Both the position numbers and the translations under genes were made by a program. From Phallusia mammillata (lineage: Eukaryota): 64,000 nt of DNA. Each line of letters starts with the position of its first letter. The stretch's first letter is position 1. Where the stretch lies: assembly GCA_965637545.1 (NCBI GenBank), contig OZ281494.1, forward strand, positions 11,718,001 through 11,782,000, written 5' to 3'. Below are positions 25,092 through 37,000 of the stretch, one piece after another. The notes beneath the pieces were generated by a model. That model was not told the DNA's origin, searched no databases, and was given only the letters and a program-made list of their open reading frames with translations.

Positions 25092-28000
25092 CTGAAAATA
25101 TAAAATAACGGTAAGTTCGGCTGGTATAATATGATTGGGTTTTAAACGGTCTTGGTTTCGGTATAATTTTATGACAGTGGAACTTTCAACACATTTGTAT
25201 CTTGACAACTTAAGTACAGTATTATGCAGTACTAGCATTTTGTGTCCAAAACATATTTGCTTAAAGGTCAACGTAGAGTACGAAAACTGCCAATAGTTTT
25301 GCCAAGAGGATGTTTATTTAAAAGAAAGAAAATGTTTCAAGGGTTTTTTTAACAAAACACAACGACACACAACAAAGAATACTTACATTGTGCAATGCTC
25401 CAGATGTTATGTGTTAGCGTGTAAGCAAGCAAAAAAGAGTGAGGTTAAATCTAATTCATGGTATACACGAAATCAAGTTCTGTTTAACTGCGATGATATG
25501 TGCATAATATGTTTAATGTGTATAATATTTGCGTATGACCTGTCTTGTGAAGTGTAGCAAAAACTCTTAGTTTTGTGAACATGGCATACAATTTTTGGCG
25601 GCAGATGTAGTTTATTGCATATTTTTAGACTGGAAGAAACGAAAAATAAAAGCGGGTCTTGCGATCTTTTAAGACACGATAAATGTTAACGCTGAAATAA
25701 GTACTCCGTGTATCGCGAGAAGATGCCACTGCCGCATGGCGAGTGTGGCGCCATTGCAGCCTTGTTGTGAGAATGAGTAGACTGAAGTTGTTGTGGTGGA
25801 ATGTGGTTGGTTGTGGTGGTGATGGTGGTGGAATGGGAACAGAAAGAGAGTTGAGCGCACAGTTAGCCAAGTCGTAGTTTTATAGGTAGAAAGATTTAAG
25901 GGTATTGTATTCTAAATGTAACCACACACTGTGTATCCTAGAGTTCACTACAGACAGAACACAAACTGATACCTTTCTCCGAAAGCGTGTTGATGTTTGT
26001 TTCAAAATTTTTAAAAAAACTGTAGGAACCTTTAAAATTTTGTCAATTAGGTAGTTTTTTGTGGTATCTAGACATTATGTATGCGTTATCTTTTTCTGCT
26101 TCATCTGAATTTATAAACGAAAATTGACAGTTTCCACTTGACCTAATGATCATCCGGTAAATGGTAGCAGTTTGTGTTCTGGAAACTAGAACTAAGCGTT
26201 ATTGGTAATTATAACGCCAAATCACATTCTCCCTGGAGCAGATCTACTTTAAATTTATATTAAAGTTGCTATTTGATCTCACCTGATGAGTTTGGACACA
26301 TATCCTCGTCATCACAGTCGTCTGGATCTGATCCCTGTGGACAAAACAAAGATTTTTTATTCAAAACAGTCGACCCTTAAACTGTGTAATCTGCAATGTA
26401 ATAGGCGGATATCTTACAAACATGTGCTACTTGATCAAACTTATAAAGTACATTTAACATTTTAAGCAAAAAGATAACACGAATTCAGAGTTGCATTGGG
26501 CTTTTTTCCTGTATGTAGCACTATTGGATTTGGCCAGAAAAGATCAATATAAGCTAAATTTAGATGACCATTGGCAATTTCATTAAAAAACACAAAAAAG
26601 TGCTGCTGGAGTACATGTATGTGTTTGACATAGCAGCAAACTTACATTTGGAACGAACGGCGTTGACTTGGTTGTTGAAAAAATGGTTAATGTGGCCATG
26701 GTGGTGGTTGGTTGCGAGATGGTTGGATTGGTTGGTGAAATGTCAGGACCACCTATTTTCGTGACGTCACCATAGAACTGAACACGGTCGTCATCTGAAT
26801 AAAGCAAGGTGACAGAATCAGAATAACACATGACAAATGGTATAACTTCTGTAGAATCACATTTAAATCTTGTTCAAGTGGTCCAAAATAGTGTGTTTGG
26901 ATAAGATCGTTTCCATTATTAAGCCAACCGTTTAGAAACGTAGAGAATGTTAACCCTTCCTTCTTCATCGTACAAGTTTTGTACAACCATGGTATTTCTA
27001 GTTTATATTAGTAATTTGAAAACCTGTATGAAACCAAACTTCTCTGTTTCACATATTTTTTTATAAATAACGATGTGTGGGAATCTTCACTTCGACTTAT
27101 TAGCTATTTAAGTGAATTGCCCATATCGGAGATAACAATAAACTTACTTCTTGCTGCGAGATCGAACACACGAACATCGTTGAAGAAAAGTCCCATCATT
27201 TGACCGACGAAAGGTTGCGTGATATCTGGGGATCGTCTGTTGCGTGTTGGTTGTTGCAACGTGGACATGGCGCTCTCACTGAGCAATCCACCGATTTGAA
27301 TAGTAGATTGCGAGTTAAATACCGAAGCCACTCGCTCTGTTAGAACATACAAAGGTTTTGCCGTGCAAAGAATTGTTTTGCTTGGTTTTGGATAAATTAA
27401 CAACATTAAGTTTGAATGGTAGTTAATTGTTTAGAATTTTGCAACAGGACAAGGTTTTTACAAAGTGATTTAATTGAAAGTCAAATAAAAAGTTATACTA
27501 ATCAAAAAATAGACTAGTGCTATGGAAGATTTAGGTTAACTAACAAAATCGTAGAAAAAGTTCTTATTGTGGTTATACCTTGTGTTATTACTTCCATGCA
27601 TTATGTTAGTTGTTGGATATTAGAAACAAGTAACATGGATGAATTGTCAGTTGTGAAAGTACTGGTTAGTAGCTGAAAACACACACACGCTCTCACACAA
27701 ACAAACAGTACACACAATCATACACACATAATCGCGAGTTAGCCAAAACCAAAAGAAAAAATGTTAGTACCTTTGCCTTGCAACCACGAATCAACCGCGG
27801 GTCGGGCAGAGGGTGCAATGGACGGGCTTGCAAGGGCAAAGCGGGAACGTGCATCCCCTACGACAAATAATAGGCAGAGTGAGTTTCACACCAATGGCAA
27901 GACACGAGCAGATGTACACAAGTTGTTGTTAGTACACCGGTGCATTGCTGCGGCTCTTCATACTGATGTGTACCAAACTAGAAGCAGGTTGTCCATACTT

Positions 28001-31000
28001 TGTAGTAAAATACGTTCTAACCGATTAATGCTTTTGGGAAATAGTACAACTCATAGTTAATTGGTGTGGGTTTTTTAAAAGGTTCATGGGAGATCATGAC
28101 GTAAATGTTATAAATTTAACCCGATGGTTCCCAACCGCGGAGGAATTTTTAAAACTGTATGGAAGGAATTTACTTTATTTTGACATGTGGTTTGTAAATA
28201 GACACTTTAGCTCAGGTAATATAATCTGTGAGGTTGATTAAAGACCCAATTTTAAATGATATTTGTATGGTTCATCCACTATGTAGTCTATCAGGGAGAG
28301 ATGACAATATTTTGAATTGTTAAGGAAGGAATTCGTCGAAAAAGTTTGGGAACTACTAGTTTAACCTATTCATCTATGCAATTTCATTCGAATGGTGAAC
28401 GATAAATTACGTTCATTTTCTGTTACTAGTTGCTAAAACTCGTCATCATTGTATAAAACCAGCATCATGTGTGGTACGGGGTATTCCTGATGAACCCCGG
28501 CGGTCATGTTAGTAAAATGAATTCGTGCAAAGACACCAGTTAGAAATGTAATCACGGGTTATTTACCAAGTTGGATTCGGATAGTAAATGCACATGCAGT
28601 TTAATGTGACTTTGAATGCCAACCTATATCTCTGTACATTTTGCGAGTTTAAAGACATGCAAGACTGCTGTTGCATCGACCTGCCAATGTTAATGCGCTT
28701 ACTGACCAAAAATTGTTTTAAAAAAGATGTTTTAGTTTTAAAAAAGATGTATTCTCAGTAGGCTGAATCATAGCACGCCAGGCCTATTAAAGGCTATACC
28801 GAAAATCCCGGAAAGGCTCCTGTAGTAAGTTCGAATTTTTCTAGCTTACGCCTTGTCATATGGGAATGCTTGGAGACCGGCTGATTCCGAATAACACCCT
28901 CAATAGGCCTGGCGTACTTTGATTTATATATGATTGTGCCGTGATAGCTGGTCTGCGTTAATGTTTCAGGGCTGATCCCAGTTGTGAATTTATGTCCATC
29001 TTAACTTAGCAGGCAGATTTCCCATAATGCGCTCAATCGATTGGCAAGTTGATCAACAGCATGCATGAAAGTCACATATATTAGCAAACGATATTGCCCA
29101 AACCTATAAGTGCGATTTGTCGCGGACTGACATAGCGAACTACTTATTCAGCTAAAATACCTTGTTCTATGCTATATCGTATACCCCTGTAAGGTTACGA
29201 GTGTAAAGAAAACACATCACACAACAGCGCGTGTACTCACCACTAGGCGTAATACTTCTCACTGGCCAGTTGTTCACCCTCATCGTGGCATTGAGCCAAC
29301 GCCTGCGAACTTGTACAGTGTGGTAACTACCGTCCGACACCGACCTTTCTTCACGGAGTTCCACAGTTCGTCCGCCACCCACGTTAAAACGAAGCGTCAG
29401 TTTGCCATTCTCCTGCAGTTGCACCAGAAACAGTGTTACTGTGTTTATTGGTATGGTTGGATAGCGTGTTATTTATTATACAGTTATGGACAAATTGTGA
29501 AAACCATGCACCGATTTCACTCAAAACACATGCGCTCCTCGGTACCTCAGACCAGCTGTCCTAAGTTTCTGCGCAAAACCAGTGTCAAAAATGCATCCAA
29601 CTAACCCATTAGCCAGGGTGAAATGGCAACCGCAGGGGGTTGAATGTGTCAGAATTGACAATCTTGAGGCATTAACGCCGAAATGCAAATTCGCTCGCGT
29701 ACTTGGAATAGTTTATCGAACCAGATCTGGCATTCAACAGTGGGAAATGTTATTGATCTTTTTTTTAAACATATGCAAAAAGGTTAACACAGCGGTCCAT
29801 CGAAATACTGGCTTAAACTGAAGCAGAGAGTGGCAATCTTCTAGGATGTGCATGCAAGAATATGTGACTCGAGATTAAGTTCGAACCCATAGAATACTTT
29901 ACGATGCACCAACCAACGTATGAGCCGTATCAAAATTTTCATGTTTCGGGGGCATGTGGGTGAACCGCTGGGTCATTCGGGGTTAAACTTTGGGCGGATT
30001 AACTTCGGATAACTAACTAACATGTGTGAAATTTTAAATAATTTAAACCACTCTCTCTTGACCAAACGTTTGGAACAAATCAGCGCTGCACAGAAAAAAG
30101 TAATATTCTATAACTGTTCGTAACTAGGTTTGTTGATAATGTGCGCATCGACTTCTGGGCCGAGGACAGCGAGAACAGCACTTGAAAAAAACGCTTACCA
30201 AACGAAATGAAGGTTAGGCGACTCTTTTGCACACGATGAAATGTATGTACGACTTTGCGAGCCTTTGACAAACTTGTTAGCTTTCACACGCACACCCATA
30301 CACGCCCACACACACACACACAGACACACGCACACTCACACACAGAAACGTGGCATTCTCAATGCAAAATCTTCTGTTAGCGGCGCCAGCAAAAATAGGC
30401 ACTTGACGTGATCCAAAAAGAAAACGTTAAGTACGCTGTAGTTCTTAACCTGTGGGTAATTTGAAATTTTGCAGGAGGTAATTACGTCATCATACGTCAT
30501 CGTCATACTTTTGTGATGTTATAGTTAAGAGATTTTTGAAAAGGGACAAATGTACCTGTGGTTGCTTTCAAGGGTAACAATATTAAAAGGTTAAGAACCA
30601 CTGAGTTAAAAAAACGCGGGCTAAAAAATTGACAACTGTTTTCACACTGCGCCACCAAGCGACAAAATTTCTAATTTACTCTGTACGGCGTAAAGCCTGT
30701 TTTCTCCTAAAACAGGGAATATGACATAAGATCACGTCAAAAGCGCCTACCGCCGCAACTTATGCAAACCATGCATTAAAAACCGACAGGCATTAATACG
30801 ACGGCCAGCAACGCCGTGCAGCATGGAAACCTCCTTACAATGCTAAGCCGAAGGTAGTCTCGGGGATTGCGCATTGCCGAGTACACTGTAAGCAGGACGG
30901 CGTCGGGAGAGCGGCTCGCAAAGGCAATGTTCAGAACGTCATAACGTACGCTATGCCCAGAGAGCTCGCACGTAATGAGACCCTTGTTGAAGAGGTAGGC

Positions 31001-34000
31001 AGAAGAGCTTATGTGTTCTGATGGTGGGCACGGTGTTTGGCGTAAAAATAGAAACAATAGCACTTTAGATTAGGTAATATAACACTAAAACGGCTATTCT
31101 CAGTCCCCGGCAAGTGATTGTAATCTGTTCGCGACAGAAAGGCAAATTTTCAGTTCACCAAGGTTTCAAGTAAGGATGGCCTATTGTGTTGATCAAGAGT
31201 AAAAATTTGGAGCTCAGCAAATTGTTCGGATCTTTTACTTTTACAATATTGCCAAAAAAACTTTAAACGTCAAATTTTTTAGCGCAAATTTAAGAGAAGT
31301 TGTACCGGTAAAAACATGCACAAACCTTTGGTAAACTTTGGGCAATCTTGATCTTTTAAAACTTGAAATTCTGAGAACAAATGGCCGAGGGACTGAGAAC
31401 AATTTTCGCCGACATATAAACTCACGATAGAGAGTTGTAGATAGTCTTGAGTCGGCGGGTTTGTGTAACCGCTCACGCGCAAAAGCACACAATTGCGCAA
31501 CGAAGTCGAAAATCCGAGCCCCAGTTTATCAGTTCTGGTGCTCGGGTAGTCGTCACGCCATTTGTACAGTATTAAGCCTGTACCGGAGCCGATACGATAG
31601 CTATGGCCCTCTGTAAAATTCACATGTTATGTTACTTACAACGCCATTTAAGGTGTTGCCGATTTTGCGCCACATAGTCAAAGCTGTATAGCCCTTTTAC
31701 AACATGCCAAAAACTGAATTGATCGAGTTAGTACTCGTTTTGGATATTTTATGCCATCTTTTTAGAAAGTTTCAAATGGTTAGCCAATTAAATAGTTTTA
31801 GGCGTACCAACTTTAAAAATCATTATTGGCATTGTCAAGGCTATGCACAATCTGAAAACGTAAATAAACAGGGCAAATGTAAAATGTTTTATAAGTTCCT
31901 GGTGATGCTGAATAAAGAAATCATGCACGCCATGCATAAGTCCACCACACCATGCTTCAAATATGGAAACTGTTCATGGTGATAGGCAGTAACACTCTCG
32001 GGAGTTGAGCTTTGTATTATTGTTATTAAAATATATAGTATATTATGTTTTTATTTCCTGGTCTTGTAGCATTCGGAAAAGGGTCCTTGATCAAACAAAG
32101 CAAAAAAGCGCCTTTTCGGACGCACTGGTCACACAAATCAGAGCAAAAAATATGTGCGAAAACAAATGTTCGCTGTAGCGTGCGTTCGTTATCACGTGAT
32201 CAACGTTCGTATCGCACACCGCAAGCGGGGTGGGTGAAAAAAGAGGGGTCATGCTTTGAGGGGTGCACACGAGCGCTGCGCCCCGAAGCTGAAAAATCAC
32301 GGCACTCGTAAAAAGCAAAATGAAATGTGTTTGGTGACGAAAGGGGAAGGCAACACACTCGCTCTCCTTCGTTTGTTTTGCTTACCGGGTAGAGTACTGA
32401 CGTCTAAATCGGCCAGCAAATAAAAAGAGTTTCTTTTGTCGCTGAGAGTTATCACTATGTGCCGTTTATTTATATTTAATGCTGGACCAAAATATGCATA
32501 CACTGTATAGTAAGTATAGCGTGGGCTTCGTTTGAAGTCGGAAACATGACGTCACAATCAAGCTACGTCATCAAAAAAGTCTGACGTCATATCTCATCTT
32601 GTTTTACAAAAGAGTTTTATGGGAAGTACAGGCAAAATTGGGAGTTTAAGTATCCATTTACGTTTAAAGTATTTTTACGAAGGACGTCCCTAGTTCAAAG
32701 TTTTTGTTTAGCACTCTTTGCACTATTGTGTACGCGTTTAACTGTTTTCAGAATAATTTTGTAATCACGCATAAATAAAAGCGAACCAAAAACTTACGTT
32801 GCTGGCAGAGTCGGCCTACGTACGACGTGAGGCTACAATCACATTTAAACCCGTCCCAGTGTTGTATGCATACTCCACCATTACTACAAGTGGTGGGAGT
32901 ACAAGCAGGTGATGGTTCTGTGCAAAAATAAAGTACACGTTCAAATTGACACCATCTAACCTTTTTGGTCCTAGGAAAAAAGATTATAAATAATGAAAAC
33001 TACCCCTCCACCCCAAAAAATCGTTTTCACAACACCCAAAATGTAGGTTTATTGCTTGTATGAGCAATCCTGGTTAGTCGGTCTTACTGAGCAAAATAAA
33101 CAGCAGTTTTATTACTTACTTAAGCACCCAGGGTTAACCTTTCCAACTGTTTGTTTTCCTCTTGGATCTCTCATATCCTGACTGACCCCGTTGACCTCGA
33201 GTGACCCCATGCAGCCTTCATATCCGGTCCTGGATGCCACTCTGTCTGGCAATTCGTATTGGTACATATTACCGGGGACGCCACCAATGTAAAATTTTCC
33301 TGCAACAAGGATACGAGTTTTTGTTTGGAATATAAACGAGTAATAAAACTGTTTGAGGTAAAAAAAAAGTCTTGTTTGTTAATAAGACTGTGTTAAACAT
33401 TCTGTGGACATTTATGAGCAAGTTTTTCGGAACGTTTTGGAAGCCACAAAGTTGCTACGATATTCCTATTGATTTACCGAACCACTTAGTTTTTTCAGCA
33501 TTACTCATAAGTGTTTTACAACCTTACAAAAGAATTTCTTCGATAACATCACTGTTTTAGTCTCAAAATGAAGGCAAACTGTGTTTTATTTGTGCTGTTC
33601 TGTTCTAGCATGAGAACATTATAATCGATTTCATCGTGGCAGTTTTGTTTGAAGGTTTAAATAAAACCTCTTAATAAAATCCACATTTGCCTACATATTA
33701 CTGTTATAAAGATATTAACCTTTCTTACCGCCTAAATCGAGGTTCTTATTGCCAACCCGTCCACCTTGAATGACTTGCTGTTTGTCGACTGTGAGGGTGT
33801 GGATGTTATCTTCCGAACGTTCAATGCGAATGTCGTGCCACGAATTGTCGTTCACCAACAAATCACCGTTTACTGTCAGAACCTTTACAAGAAAAACGAA
33901 TATAAGTTATATGGTTTAAAACAGAGGTTGTCAACTTATGGTAAAACTACTCCCAAGTAATTAATCTGGCATGCTTTGTGGTGAGTATAAGTAACAAAGA

Positions 34001-37000
34001 TTTAGGTACATGGGTTAGTATGTTAAAGAAACTTTTAGGGTAATTTCCAAAGGGTAACCCCCCAAAAAATATTGGAAAGCCACTGCCATAAAATACAAGG
34101 GATTAAAATTTCCGACTGAAATAAGAACAAGCATAAACTTTCAAGGCTATACCTGTGGACCGTTTCCAAGGTTAAAAATATACATCAGCTTTCCTCCGTA
34201 GATTTCCACAGCCATAAAATCTCCCGAATTTCCGCCGTTGTAGAGAATCAAGCCGTCCGTGACAGTTGTTTTTATGCTCAGAAATATTGACATGGTCCTA
34301 TAAAAGACAAGTAAAATCAGTTACGTGTAGGAAGTTGTTCCTTGACTATTTCAGTATACAACGTTAGATTTCAGTCGATTTGCAGATTTTTACAAGAGGG
34401 TTTTTGAAACCAAATTTCGATATTTTTATACCTTGTGATTGCAACATATCCATAGTTTAAGTAAAGAAGTTAGATAATGCTTTACGAATCGGCTAACCTG
34501 TATGCTGATAGCGTGTTCATGGCGATGTAACTGTCGGAACCTCTGAATGTTACAGGTTTCGCAACAGCATAACGTTCACCCCACGTAACGTTGTGATTGC
34601 ATGGAATCCCTTGGTTGAAACAACTGAAAAAAACGATTTTTTACGAAACTGCCTCAAACTGGAACTTGAAACCAATCGAGTGGGATTTTGCATTAATGAG
34701 ATTTTGGCACACAATTCGAATTGGAGTTATATTATTTTATCTCGCTAAGATTACACCTTTTGTTTCCGACTCCTGTCAAAATCATTGATTTTGTGTCCCT
34801 GCGAAGGAATGCGCGGTCACGTGACTATTGCAAATGTCATATGTCACCTGTCGATAAGAAAATTCGAGTTGAACACAACGTTCTGCAGAGTTCCAGCAAA
34901 TGCTTGAGTTGTGTTGGAGTCGACGATGCGTCCGAGGTATATTGCGTCGAACTCGAGTTTCGTGTAACGTCCTCCGAGAGTTTCTGCAAAAAATAATTTC
35001 CCTATGTTCATGTTCACGCCAAAAAATAAGTGTTGCCAATAAAAACTAAACATTTTCGGACGAATATATAGAGATTTTAACTGGCTCCACGAGTATTATA
35101 GATAAAAGTGGATAATGTTTGGCTCTTTGTTTCAAGCAGATTGACCATTTAGTTAAAAAAAGTATTTACGTGGTCCAGTTTACCGAAATATAGTTATTGG
35201 ACGGACAAAAGGTGTACAAGGCTTGTGTTATAAAATGATTCTAACTGTGGGTTTCAATGGTTAAATCCTACGAACACGTGGCATTCCAAAAACGCATGCT
35301 TCCGCGATAGTGCAGCGCAGAGCGTTATCTTTCAAATCCGTACTAGTTGTTTAAGTTTAACAAACATCATTTTACGAATTTTTTTTGTTCAACGAGTCTA
35401 ATTTTCATTTTACAGTTAATCCTTAAATTCTTGATTGTTACATAAATAACCTTTCGTAAAACAAATTGTTTCTGACGACTTTATCACAATGTCATTGTTG
35501 AGCGGTTACGTAAAACAGGTTACCACGTTATATAAGGTTTTTAGCAAAGAGCAGCTAGTATTATTTCTATACAAAGAGATCCATTAGGAGGCATATAAAC
35601 ATCACCTTACCGACGCAGTGGCATTATAAAGCTATAAAAGTGCCCAATAACATGTCACGTCGCTCACTGCATTTTTAAATAATTCACGGCCCCTAATCCT
35701 GTCCGAACCCCTTATCTCGCTGTTCGTGAACCCTTTTCCGCGTCAAACCCCAGTTTGGGGTCACCAAGCTCTTTAATCGTAAGTGTTCTGCAGATTAAAT
35801 ATTGATAGGGCAAGTTTTTGAGGTGTTTCGAGCAGGCCTTGATAGAGTCAAGTTACAAGTAAGAGTCCTCATTGCCGAAGTTCGTTTGGACGAGCCCGGA
35901 AAAAGCCGAACCTGTTTATTTACTTTGCAGCTCTCGGCGCCCGAGCCCGTAAATAATACATATGAGGGCCGCGGAAATAAATCAGCACGAAAGATTGCGA
36001 GAAGGTGAAATATTCATACGGAGATGGGAGTCTTGAACTCCGGCGTGTATGAATTAGCGGTACCGCGCGTTTCCCTTAGGGAGAAACACATCGATTTTGT
36101 AGTCGGGAATCATTCACACAACTTCGCGCCGAAGCTTAAATTATTTAACAACCCGAAATTTACATCCAAGCTATTAAACCGCGACACAAAGGCGACAATA
36201 CTAAAAGTCTATGTCATAGACTGTTTGTTGTTGTGTTTTTGGTTCCCCTGATGGTTCCCAATAATATACATGTTGTTTTTAGTTGCAGGAAATATTTTCG
36301 GAAAATAACGCATGCCGAAAAGCTTAAGATTTCGTGCATTTAGTTTAAATGTGTTAATAAACTAAGGATGCTAACTAAAAACATTTTTGAATCAATTCTT
36401 GTCTTGAATGTGGTACAAAACAAATAGATCAAAAACGTGAAACGTAAACCATTTTTGGATTCAATTTTACGCTGGGAACGGAGTTCTAACCATGTGACAT
36501 TTCGATAGCCGGTATTTGATGCAATCTTTGCGTTGAACCCCTTCTCTTTTTACATGCAAATTGCGCATATCTCTTGCCCTCCTTACAGAAAGTTGATTAG
36601 TCTCCAGATCAAAAAGGAAAAAAATGAGCCACGTTTGAGAGTATAGGCAAAGAAAGTTTGGTCATTGTAACTTGAAACCGGATAAGGTCAAAAATCGATT
36701 AGGTTTCGGCAAATTATCCACGGGCATTTGACTTCCTAGAAATCCGGACAAGTTAGCATGCAGTAAATGTTTTGGAATATCGAGCACTCGCAATTTTACC
36801 ACGAAAATGAAGTTATTCGAACGAATACATTAGTCAGTTATGCCGACATCAATTTTGGAAAATTATAAAAATTAAAACGAAGTAATATTTATCAAAAAAA
36901 TAATAACTTTTAACTGACTATTTTTTTGCGAAAGGCTAATTTTGACATTTTGTTTGACTGCAAAACTTATTTGGAGGTCTAAAAATATTTACCAAAATAG

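Noticed and set aside
32920-33119. SS6-equivalent cassette between LNS5 and EGF3
   Set aside because: No plausible AG...GT symmetric exon found in this ~200-nt intron.
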